A stretch of DNA of 32,000 nt from a cyanobacterium endosymbiont of Epithemia turgida isolate EtSB Lake Yunoko (GTDB lineage: Bacteria > Cyanobacteriota > Cyanobacteriia > Cyanobacteriales > Microcystaceae), in contig NZ_AP012549.1 of NCBI RefSeq assembly GCF_000829235.1, positions 2,340,001 to 2,372,000 of the forward strand, given 5' to 3'. The notes beneath the pieces are model-generated. The model was not told where the DNA came from and made no database searches. It was given only the letters and a program-made list of their open reading frames with translations. The position numbers were made by a program, and so were the translations under genes. Numbering within the stretch: the first letter of the stretch is position 1; each line of letters begins with the position of its first letter. Positions 9,574 through 19,121 of this stretch are shown in pieces.

Positions 9574-10224
9574 ATGACTTTCCAATTACGCGTTTATGTT
9601 CCTGATCATCCTTTGATTAAACATTGGTTAGGGGTCGCTCGTGATGCTAATACTCCGAACATCCTTTTTAAAACAGCAATGACAGAGCTAGGACGTTGGT
9701 TAACCTACGAAGCGACTCGCCACTGGTTGCCAACCTTGGAAACTACCATAAAAACTCCCATTGCTGACTCTCAAGCTACCTTGATTAATCCTCAAGTCAC
9801 CATCGCCGTTGTTCCCCTTTTACGGGCAGGATTAGCCTTATTAGATGGAGCGCAAACTCTTCTGCCCTTAGCTTCAATCTATCATCTAGGGTTAGTTCAC
9901 AATGAAGAAATCCTAGACGTTAGTTGTTATCTCAATAAATTGCCTCAACAATTTCACCCCGAAACCAGAATCGTCGTCTTAGAACCCATTTTAGCTACTG
10001 GGCGATCAATCACCGTTGCGATGGATAAAATAACTGAAAGGGGAGCAAATCCAGAATTGATGCGGATTATCTCCGTAGTAGCAGCTCCACCTGCGTTGCA
10101 AAAACTAAGTAAAAAATACCCTAATTTAAATATTTATACTGCCTTTATTGACAAAGGAATAAATGACAAGGGATATATTGTGCCAGGGTTGGGAAATGCG
10201 GGTGATCGTGCTTTTGGAACCTAA
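9574..10224 (+). CDS. upp: uracil phosphoribosyltransferase
   Basis: HPLIKHWLG, VPLLRAGL, the PRPP-binding VLEPILATGRS and the C-terminal GYIVPGLGNAGDRAFGT all match the Upp family. Confidence 0.9.
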   Translation: MTFQLRVYVPDHPLIKHWLGVARDANTPNILFKTAMTELGRWLTYEATRHWLPTLETTIKTPIADSQATLINPQVTIAVVPLLRAGLALLDGAQTLLPLASIYHLGLVHNEEILDVSCYLNKLPQQFHPETRIVVLEPILATGRSITVAMDKITERGANPELMRIISVVAAPPALQKLSKKYPNLNIYTAFIDKGINDKGYIVPGLGNAGDRAFGT

Positions 10225-10287
10225 AATAATTAAAAATTTATTTGACCCAGTTTTTTCGGAGATTGAACATCATCAGAGTTATAAATT

Positions 10288-10593
10288 ATGAATCAACGAG
10301 ATGGATTTACCGGTGGATTTTTGGCAGGAACAATTGTCGGTGGTATAGTTGGTGGCATCATTGGAGCGCTAGTAGGATCACGTCTGGAAAAAAATCCTAA
10401 AGAAGATAATTCTTCTTTACTCAAATCAGCAAAAGATGAAAAACTAGACACTGAGGCTAATATTGAAATGGCACGTCGTCGCCTAGAAAATAAGATAGCT
10501 CAACTTAATTTAGCTATTGATGATGTCCGAGAGCAATTTGGACAAGTTGAACAACAAACCTTTGAATCAGAAACATTGACTAAAGAAAGCTAA
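10288..10593 (+). CDS. YtxH-like small membrane-anchored protein
   Basis: Gly-rich N-terminal helix GGFLAGTIVGGIVGGIIGALVGS followed by a charged coiled region. Confidence 0.6.
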   Translation: MNQRDGFTGGFLAGTIVGGIVGGIIGALVGSRLEKNPKEDNSSLLKSAKDEKLDTEANIEMARRRLENKIAQLNLAIDDVREQFGQVEQQTFESETLTKES

Positions 10594-10670
10594 TAATTGA
10601 TTAAATTGAGCTTTTTTAGAATTCAAGATTGACGATTTGCATCTTCTCTAAAATTCCTCCACTGAACCTG

Positions 10671-11454
10671 ATGGAAATTACCTGGCAGTTTGCTGTATCT
10701 TACAAAGATATCTTAGTATTATAAGTTTGAAGAAACTGCTAGAATCGCTATTAACTGTCCCTAAAAGCGTAATGATTTTTGTCCAAAAATAGTCTTTGGA
10801 CTCTATGATGCTTTTTATAATGTTCCTGAATATCCTAAACTTAGGGCAATGTTGTTGACTGGGACATACCCTTATACCGATGGAAAATATGCATTTTGTT
10901 TAGGGGGGGATCAAAGTATTAGGGGACAGGCGAAATATATAGATAATATTGGGATTCTCCATTTGAATATTTTTGAGCTGCAAAGTTTAATTCATTCTGT
11001 GCCTAAAGTAGTTATTGTTTTGATGGCTAGTTATGTCATTAGTGGGGTTATATTTCACATCTCATTTGTGCTCTAAACTAAGACGGCTGATAATACTTTC
11101 TTGATTAAACTCGATCTAAAGTCAGACGTGCTGACAAAAGGGTTTGTAGCAAGTTATTTAGCCCACATTGTGGTGTAGCAACAAGCTAGTAAGTTGAGCA
11201 TTATACTGTCAATATATTGCTTAACAAGCTTTATAAATGAGGTTAGTTAGTTATGTAGTAAAAGTTGATCAGCTCGAAGAAGAAGGTATGATTTAGGCTG
11301 CCAAAAGCAGCTTTTAGTTCTGATTGCTACGGCCAAACTAAGTTATAAGAATTAGCAGTGAACACTATTGTATGAAAGAAAAGGGAGCCGAATAAAAATA
11401 AACTTTTAGAAAAACCTTTCCTCTAATTTTTAAAAATATTCTTGGTCTCCTTAA
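10671..11454 (+). pseudogene. menB: 1,4-dihydroxy-2-naphthoyl-CoA synthase (MenB, crotonase family) pseudogene
   Basis: MEITWQFAVSYKDILVL ends at stop 10722-10724. After a frame change the sequence reads ARIAINCP*KRNDF (stop 10762-10764), then CPKIVFGLYDAFYNV...LLTGTYPYTDGKYAFCLGGDQSIRGQAKYIDNIGILHLNIFELQSLIHSVPKVVIVLMASYVISG, which is ORF 10849..11076. Further remnants are SYLAHIVV*QQAS, VVKVDQLEEEGMI* and a C-terminal F*KNLSSNF*KYSWSP ending at TAA 11452-11454. Diagnostic MenB blocks AFCSGGDQ and LNVLDLQRLIR..PK.VIA are clearly recognisable. Confidence 0.85.
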
Positions 11455-11971
11455 GTTTAGATCAGTGTAGTCAAAAAACAATTTTAAAAACCTAAACTAT
11501 TTTAGTTTATGGGTTTTAATACAAATAAAAATATCATATAAATAATATCAACTATAAGTGTATAGGAATATTTGATTAAAGAGATAAGCTTACTGATTAT
11601 TGTATCCTAGAAAATTTAGCAAAATATATTTTGATTATTATTCAAGATCAACAATTTTAATCTTTTTATAATTTTAATCTTTTCAGATTTATAAAAAATA
11701 GTTATGAGTTTTGGAATTTAATACACTAAATCAAAAAAAATTTTAGTTAAATAGTATTAATTTTAAGTCAAGTTTCGATCCTCTACATAAAAATACTATG
11801 TCTAATTTTTAACAAACTTTTATGTATAAGTTAACGAAAAATTTGTATAATAAACAGCATGTTATCTATAAATATAAATGAGAGAATATTTTAATATTCT
11901 GACTTATTTTTTTTCTAGATTTTACTAAATTTTAGTATAATTATTATTTAATAAACTTAACTTTACTCCCT

Positions 11972-13111
11972 ATGAAATATTTTTTGACTAAATTACCTTC
12001 TAAAGTGATTAATTTACTGATTACTGTTATTGTTTTAACCGCAGTTATTCTTTATTTATATTTTATTAAATTTCAAGGGAATATCACAGGATTTTTTCGT
12101 ATTGGTTCAATATTAGAACTTTCTCCTTTTCTTAATCCTGAAACTACTAAAATTTATCAAGGAGAAATTGGCTATGATGGACAGCAATTTCTTAGTTTAG
12201 CCCTCGATCCTTTTTTACAAAATTCTGAAACTATCAACACTCTTGACCATCCAATTTATCGCTACCGTAGAATTTTATATCCTTTGATTAGCTATCTCTT
12301 TAGTTTTGGTAATCGGACTTTAATTCCTTATATAATGGTTGCCATTAATTGCCTATCAATTATAGGTATCGTCTGGATTATTAGCTTGTATTTTCAATCG
12401 AATCAAGAGCAAAAATGGCAACCATTATTAACGTTATGTATTCCTGGTGTTTGGATAGTTCTTTCTTTAGGAACTGCTGATTTAGTCAGTAGCTTATTAT
12501 TAATAGTTTCATTCCATTGTTATCGATATAACAAACCAATTTTGACAGCTTTTACTATTTCTTTGGCTTGTTTGACTAGAGAAACTTTACTATTAATATG
12601 GCTAGCTATTTTGTTTACTAGTATCATTCAACAGAAAAAAGAACAAAGTAAACAATTATTATGGGCTTGGATACCTCCGTTTTTATGGACAATTTATATT
12701 AGTGCTTTGAACTTATCAGGTACGGTTAGAGTAAAAGCCAACTTTGGTTATCCTTTTATGGGTATTTACAACAAATTTATTTCTCTATTCATGGGAGAAT
12801 TTAAAGGAGAAAATTTATTTGAAGCTTATTTATTTATTCTAATTTTTATTATTTTTATAACTATATTTGCAATTAGTGCATTTCATCGTAAAGATAATCA
12901 ATTAATTCAATTTAGCGCCCTTCTATACGGTGCTATGTTTGTGATGAGTAGCATGACAATACTGAGCTATTATTTAGATTATTCACGCGTTTTTATAGAT
13001 ATTTATTTTTTCTTGTTGTTGAGTATTAATACTAATAAAGTTCCTATTAAATCAATTTTATTTTTAGCTTTAGGATTAGGAAGTTTTGCTTTTTTAGCTT
13101 TACATTTTTAA
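11972..13111 (+). CDS. polytopic integral membrane protein, family not determined (possibly glycopolymer/EPS-related)
   Basis: A 379-codon open frame in ~AT-rich DNA, where stop codons are frequent by chance. It has about 10 hydrophobic segments. Confidence 0.7.
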   Translation: MKYFLTKLPSKVINLLITVIVLTAVILYLYFIKFQGNITGFFRIGSILELSPFLNPETTKIYQGEIGYDGQQFLSLALDPFLQNSETINTLDHPIYRYRRILYPLISYLFSFGNRTLIPYIMVAINCLSIIGIVWIISLYFQSNQEQKWQPLLTLCIPGVWIVLSLGTADLVSSLLLIVSFHCYRYNKPILTAFTISLACLTRETLLLIWLAILFTSIIQQKKEQSKQLLWAWIPPFLWTIYISALNLSGTVRVKANFGYPFMGIYNKFISLFMGEFKGENLFEAYLFILIFIIFITIFAISAFHRKDNQLIQFSALLYGAMFVMSSMTILSYYLDYSRVFIDIYFFLLLSINTNKVPIKSILFLALGLGSFAFLALHF

Positions 13112-14675
13112 CTCTAAATTTATTTACGACAATCTACTTTGGCTTTTTTATTTAATTTATGATAGTAGTTATTAAATATTTAGTAGTCGTTCTGGACAAT
13201 AAAAACCTTTAAAAATAAGAACTCTAAATTTTAAAAATTAATATCGATCATTGATAAATCTTTATCATTTTTTTATTAAATTTACTTTTTAATATATAAA
13301 TTTATTTATTTTTTTTCTGTCAATAAATTAAATATACTAATTTTTCAGGATAGTTTTCTAGATTTTAATTATGTACCCTTTAATAATTTAACTTTTTATA
13401 AAAAATAAGTTATTTTTTACATTTACTTACATCTATAAAATTGATGATGTAATAATCATAATTATTTATAAATAATAGTTTATATGACTAATAAAGCCTT
13501 TGTAAGGCAACTTTAATTATACTGAATATATAATGCTAATTAACTAGTAAAATGCTAAATTAACAATTTTCTATGTTATTGATTAATACGATCAATTAAT
13601 AACATAGAAAATACTGTTTTTATTTTTCTATTTAAAAATTTTTATTTGATTATATAATTGAGTATTAACTTATTTAATTATAGAAACATATTTGCCCCTA
13701 CTGCCGTCAATAATATTAATTTACTCAAAATATTTTTTTGTATTTTTTAAAGCTCTATACAATTTTTATTTGAAATCTTATTTATAAAGCTTCTAGTATT
13801 TTATTTTTCTTTTTAAAATACTTAATTGCTATATTTTTATACTCACTATCTTATTTTTAAAATACGGCAATTTTATTAATTGCTGACTGTCTTGAATTTA
13901 AAATATTCAATTTTTTATCTGTAATTCGTGGACTAAATCTTTGAGTATTGTCTCTATTTATTACTCACTCTATTATTTTTTTAAACATTTTTACTTTTAC
14001 TAGTATAAGGACTCTTTAATAATTTTTATCTAAAATATTTTAGTATATGTTCTTTTTTAGAAAAAATTTACTTTAATGTTTATTCGTTTCCAGATTAACT
14101 ACGTTTCATTGGAATACAAGCTATCTTTAGATAGACAGCTCTCTCTGCCTAAGGTAAATTTTTACATAGTTAATTTATTATTTTGGGAGAAAGTTTTTTG
14201 TTAGTTAATCCACAATGAATACAAGTTACTGTTTGGTCTATTTTATCAGCCAATAACACTATTTCTATCTGACTTGAGATCTAAATTAATTTATAAGCAT
14301 AATTTCTAGGTTAATAAATAGGATTTAAGAATAGGTTTTCAAAAATTATGTCGTCAAGTGACTAACCTCTAATTCTTCTGTTTATATTTTTTTAGAGCAA
14401 CTCCTTTCCTCGATATTTTCTTTAACTGCTTTAGCTAAATTATATTTATATCTCAATATTTTTACGGCAATTTTATTAATTTTTATTTGCTGTAATTATT
14501 TTTCTATTATATTCAGTTTTGTACTATAAATTAGTAGATAAATATGAATATAATTCTTTGACTTTTTATTGGTTCAGTTTAGTTTTAAATAAATTGCTTT
14601 TAGACACTAAGTTATTATCAATAATATAATTATATTAATAATTAATGTAATTATTAATATACAAAGCTATTAAAG

Positions 14676-15015
14676 ATAATCTATAGTATTCTTTGAATTA
14701 TTTTTTTTTATTCCACCTTTCAGGAAGTTTAAAATTATTATATCTCTTAAATAATTTATCTGATAATTATTTTTTTTTATTTTTCTATGGGTTTATATAT
14801 TTTGAAATTTATTTGACTTTTTATATTATTGTATTTAAACACAATACTTTTATGTTCATTCTAGTAATAGAGATAATTTTTTTGTAGTGATCCAGTTTTT
14901 ATAGTTATTACCATTTTAATTCTGTTGGCTAAATTTTTAAAAAAGCTGACATCTAGAGTACTCTTTTTTCACTACTCTAGATGTCAGCTTTTTTAAATTC
15001 ACCTATTTAATAAAA
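14676..15015 (+). repeat. left copy of the inverted repeat flanking ribF (high-identity core 14676-14977)
   Basis: Hand alignment to the reverse complement of 16363-16664 gives 302 bp, 8 substitutions and no indels. Weaker similarity continues for ~40 bp inward. Confidence 0.9.
14939..14994 (-). terminator. bidirectional terminator-like hairpin (22-bp perfect stem, 12-nt loop) downstream of ribF
   Basis: aaaaaagctgacatctagagta-ctcttttttcac-tactctagatgtcagctttttt. A/T runs flank both sides. It lies ~240 nt beyond the ribF stop. Confidence 0.55.
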
Positions 15016-15234
15016 CGAACTAAAGATTTTAGTCAAGAGAGTTTGAGCTATTATAGAAATATTGTCGAGAAAAGCGTGTTCCTTACATAGGAACTTGACA
15101 ATGACTAAACAAATGGGTTTATCTTTCCCCAGAAAAGTGAGACTGAGGTTATTCATCAAGATATTGTGTCCTTCATAGGAATTGTCTTGAGTGGTTCTTT
15201 GTGAGACTTCTAAAATTATCGGAAAATTTAATAT

Positions 15235-16179
15235 TTATTGATAGAGAATTTTTCTGGCTAAACAACAGTCTTGGACTATTTGGTCTTTAAGTTTATCAAG
15301 GGAAATAAATTGTTGTTCAGGACGTAAAAATTCCTCCAATTCGACTGTTAAAGATTGTTGGTATAAGTCCCCTGACCAATCTAAGATATGAACTTCTACC
15401 ATAGGAGTTTTTCCTGCAACAGTGGGGCGAAAACCAAAATTCATCAAGCCTTTTAGCGTTTCTTTTCGGTTTATTTTCACTCGAACTGCATATACCCCCT
15501 GTCGAGGTAACAACTTATCTGGGGGAAGTCTAAGATTAGCTGTTGGAAAGCCAATAGTCCTTCCTAATTGCTGTCCTTTAATCACTGTTCCTATTAAAGA
15601 ATAAGAATAGCCTAACATCTGTTTTGCTTGTGTTACCTTTCCTTCTGCAAGACATCGACGAATTAAAGAACTACTAATGCGCTGTTTTAGACCTGAATAA
15701 GTTTTTAAGGAAGTAATATGAACTGGTATTCCAAAAGAAGCGGCAATTTCACTTAAATCTTTAGCTGTTCCCATTCGTTTATGTCCAAAGCGAAAATCTT
15801 CCCCGACACTTATTTGTTGAACTCGGAGACGTTTTACTAATATCTGTGCTACAAATTCCTGGGGACTTAAGGCAGCTAATTCTCGGTCAAAGGTTAATCT
15901 AACTAATTGTTGTATTTCTAGATATTTTAGCAGTTTTATTTTTTCGGATAAAGGAGTAAGAAGTTGTCGAGTTTGTCCCGTAAAAAATTCTTGAGGGTGT
16001 GGGGTAAAGGTAACAACAGTAGAGTAAGATGAGATTGTTTCAATTGAGGAAAGACAAATGGGTTGTAAAACGTTTCTGTGTCCTAAGTGGAGACCATCAA
16101 AATTGCCAAGAGCAATCACAGTTGGTGTTAAGATATTGGCGGTTGATGAAGTTACCCATACACTTGATTGAGTATACAT
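15235..16179 (-). CDS. ribF: bifunctional riboflavin kinase / FMN adenylyltransferase
   Basis: ALGNFDGLHLGHRNVL (nucleotidyltransferase motif), GFPTANL, and the kinase C-terminal VEVHILDWSGDLY...F...LR.E..F.S...L..QI..D. Confidence 0.9.
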   Translation of the reverse strand: MYTQSSVWVTSSTANILTPTVIALGNFDGLHLGHRNVLQPICLSSIETISSYSTVVTFTPHPQEFFTGQTRQLLTPLSEKIKLLKYLEIQQLVRLTFDRELAALSPQEFVAQILVKRLRVQQISVGEDFRFGHKRMGTAKDLSEIAASFGIPVHITSLKTYSGLKQRISSSLIRRCLAEGKVTQAKQMLGYSYSLIGTVIKGQQLGRTIGFPTANLRLPPDKLLPRQGVYAVRVKINRKETLKGLMNFGFRPTVAGKTPMVEVHILDWSGDLYQQSLTVELEEFLRPEQQFISLDKLKDQIVQDCCLARKILYQ

Positions 16180-16324
16180 TGTTGCTGAAATTTAAGCTAG
16201 AGAAGAACGCTAAAAACACGCCGACAAGGAGCGCAGTTTATATCGCTTTCTCAATAGTCTATCCCAGTTTCACTGATTAGCTCTTACCCAAGTTATGAAT
16301 AATTTAGAGGGTTTTTATAACTCT

Positions 16325-16664
16325 TTTTTAATAAAGTGAATTTCAAGAAGTGTAAAATACAAAAGTAGTCAAAAAAGAGTGCTCTAGATGTCAGCTTTTT
16401 TAAAAATTTAGCCAACAGAATTAAAATGGTAATAATTATAAAACCTGGATCACTACAAAAAAATTATCTCTACTACTAGAATGAACATAAAAGTATTGTG
16501 TTTAAACACAATAATATAAAAAGTCAAATAAATTTCAAAATATATAAACCCATAGAAAAATAAAAAAAAATAATTATCAGATAAATTATTTAAGAGATAT
16601 AATAATTTTAAACTCCCTAAAAGGTGGAATAAAAAAAAATAATTCAAAGAATACTATAGATTAT
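16325..16664 (-). repeat. right copy of the inverted repeat flanking ribF (core 16363-16664)
   Basis: See the left copy. Only the outer arm of the hairpin (aaaaaagctgacatctagag, read on the minus strand) is retained here. Confidence 0.9.
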
Positions 16665-16966
16665 ATTGGAATTGGTTTCGTAAAAAAGAAAATAAATTAA
16701 TATATGTTTAACAAAAAATATAATTTGGCTAAAGCAATTAAACAAGACCTTGATAAAAAACTAATAAAAAAATATTAATTAAAACAACATATACTTAACC
16801 CTAGCTATTTAGATATAGACATATAAAATATTTTTTTCACGTTTATTTAGAGTCAAATACCTATTATCCCACTATCTAATTATTTAGATTCGTCTTCAAA
16901 GAAAAACAATTGTAAAGAAATTGATAAGATCAGTTATGGTTAATCTGTTGTGGCTTAAAATAAATA

Positions 16967-17524
16967 ATGTTTAAGACTGCCTGGTCATCTATTGTTTCTC
17001 GATTTAACCTGCTTTCTCTCGTCATTATACTGGCAATCTCTTTTTGGTCTATTAGTATTGGTTGGGGAATTACCCACATTTTACATACATTCACCGAAAA
17101 TGAACCTATGGCGATTGCTGCATCCCCTAATGATGGTGTTTCTGCACGATATCAAGCAGGACGGGAGTTTTATATAAAAACCTGTTCAGCTTGTCATATT
17201 GCGTTACCTCCAGAGGTTTTACCTAGTGAAACTTGGAAGAAATTATTAGAAAATCCGAACAAACATTATGGGACTTCAGTTCCCAATTTGATTCGTCTGG
17301 GACAACTATTGATGTGGGATTATCTGCAAACATCTTCCCGTACTCTACCCGCTAAGGACGAACCAATTCCTTTTTATGTGGAGCAATCACGTTATTTTAG
17401 GATCCTTCATCCTCGGGTTAAGTTTAAGGAAACTGTTACTCATAGAAGTTGTATTATTTGTCATCGAGGAGTAGAAAATTTTGATTTTCGGACGTTAACC
17501 CCAGAATGGGAGAACTCGCCTTAG
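16967..17524 (+). CDS. diheme c-type cytochrome (DHC-like), membrane anchored
   Basis: N-terminal hydrophobic anchor plus two CxxCH motifs (CSACH and CIICH). Confidence 0.75.
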   Translation: MFKTAWSSIVSRFNLLSLVIILAISFWSISIGWGITHILHTFTENEPMAIAASPNDGVSARYQAGREFYIKTCSACHIALPPEVLPSETWKKLLENPNKHYGTSVPNLIRLGQLLMWDYLQTSSRTLPAKDEPIPFYVEQSRYFRILHPRVKFKETVTHRSCIICHRGVENFDFRTLTPEWENSP

Positions 17525-17895
17525 ACAGCAATATCTTTCAGTTTTATCAATGCCCCAAACATAACATCTAATACAATATTTTCTGTAACATGATTATCAA
17601 AAAGTTTTTCAGTATATCAGGAAATATTTAATAAAACGTTTGCCAAATAATAACCAGTTCAAATAACCTGAGTCCTACGAGATTAAAAAATACTGTTGTT
17701 ATTCTCTATACTTAAGTTATATAAAACGAGGTTGATAATTATCTAACATGATAAGCAGTTGCAATAGAATAAAAAGACGATGCTGTTCACATCTTTAATA
17801 TAAATTATCTATAGTACAAAACACTTTATTAGGATTGATACAAAATTTTATATCTATGACACCAGACTTCAATCAATGCTATTTCTAGCAGAAAG

Positions 17896-17946
17896 CTAAT
17901 GCTTCCCTTTCTCTCCTTCTTTAAAGGAGAGAAAGGGAAGCATTAG
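17896..17946. other. orphan perfect hairpin (23-bp stem, 5-nt loop)
   Basis: ctaatgcttccctttctctcctt-cttta-aaggagagaaagggaagcattag. There is no U-tract on either side. Confidence 0.85.
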
Positions 17947-19121
17947 AAACTTTAAGGTTTATTATTGATAATAATTAATAGACTAAAAGTCTTTATAGGA
18001 ATAGCTTAAATACTCTCAATATTATAAATATTCATAAGCATTAGCAGCCGCACTATTGCCTGTATTCCCTTGTTGAGTAAATCTCTTCAATAATTTAGCA
18101 TGTCTAGAAAGATATAATTCTAGCTATACTAATTTATAGCTATTTAAAAACTTATTAGTGAACACCTCAGCTATGTGATTATAATGGGTTTCTTTTAAAA
18201 AGATTTATTATCTAAAAAAAAATTATTTCGTCGATTGTTATCTCTAAATAATAATATAGATTCGATAAATAGCTTACTTACTAATAATTTTTAGTTATAT
18301 GAATCCACGCTTATTGTCTTGACTGTATATAGATTATCTCAAATAGTCAACTCAACAAATCTGAAACATTTATTGAAAATTTATAGTATACATTTGAATA
18401 AGTAGGTGAGATTGAATTAGAAGAGTAAGAACTATCAAAGTTTACTTAAGCCCGTAAATTCTCGCTAGAATAAAAATGAGAACATAAATATTATGTTTAA
18501 ATGCAAGGAGACGGAGAGTTAAAGAGAATCTAGATTAGGTAAATTCGTAAAAAAGTACTATTTTAATAAAGTTTATAAATAAATTTTTCAGAAAAGAGAA
18601 TAATTATGGGATTCTATGAGAAGTAGAAAATAAAGAACTAAGTAATTTCATAGAGTTTAAAAAGAAACCCGACTAAATATAAGAGAAACATTCAAAATTA
18701 AGGGGTAGCTTTAAAAAGTTAGGCTTGGATTTTTTAGATAAAAAGTAAGATTAAGACTAAAATATCCTGTAACAATAAAGGAATAGATAGGATGCTTATT
18801 TCTAATAATTACTTAGTGTATATAACTAATTTAGTTAAAGTTATATTTAAATGACAAAAAGAAAAAGGATTATATATATTTTTTTACGAATTCATATTTA
18901 TAATTAAACATGATAGAAGGAGAATGACATCAAATAAAAGTTCGTAAAACTACCAGAAGTATCTTTAAAGATGAATATAATTTAGCAAAAGTAATCAAAC
19001 AAAGTCTTTCTCAAAGAACTTTTTATAAAAAATAATATCAAAATATATAGATATAAAATAATTTGCTCTTTTAACGTTTATTCGGAGCTACACACTTATT
19101 TTAGTTACTACCACATTTTTA

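Noticed and set aside
13836-14481. Short recurrences in the spacer: tacggcaattttattaatt at 13863 and 14463, and tactcact(a/c)t...ttttt at ~13839 and ~13961
   Set aside because: These are 19-27-nt matches with indels in low-complexity DNA. They probably reflect local slippage or duplication and are too short to interpret.
14693-14887. 64-aa ORF (and its twin at 16453..16647) inside the inverted repeats, 62/64 aa identical
   Set aside because: The composition is almost purely F/Y/L/I/N from AT-rich DNA, with a non-ATG start and no SD. The four differences in the ORF split 2 synonymous and 2 non-synonymous. Its conservation is explained by the repeat itself, so I treat it as a by-product rather than a gene.
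15061-15190. Two copies of a TTCCT(n5)AGGAA-like motif with flanking ATTGTC/GACAAT in the ribF 3' region
   Set aside because: There are only two short, imperfect copies. No known binding site or riboswitch was recognised, and the FMN riboswitch core is absent both here and upstream of ribF.
17521-17700. Possible decayed convergent gene ending ...FDNHVTENIVLDVMFGALIKLKDIAV with its stop overlapping the cytochrome gene stop
   Set aside because: It has a short open stretch with upstream stops, and no family was recognised. It may be a remnant, but the evidence is insufficient for a feature.
3130-19121. CRISPR array, tmRNA, RNase P RNA, SRP RNA, group II intron or transposase remnants in the large spacers
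   Set aside because: There is no regular repeat-spacer periodicity and no conserved core motif, such as the RNase P GGAAAGTCC block or a group II domain V. No transposase-like translations were seen. Absence by eye is not proof, and a covariance-model scan would be decisive.
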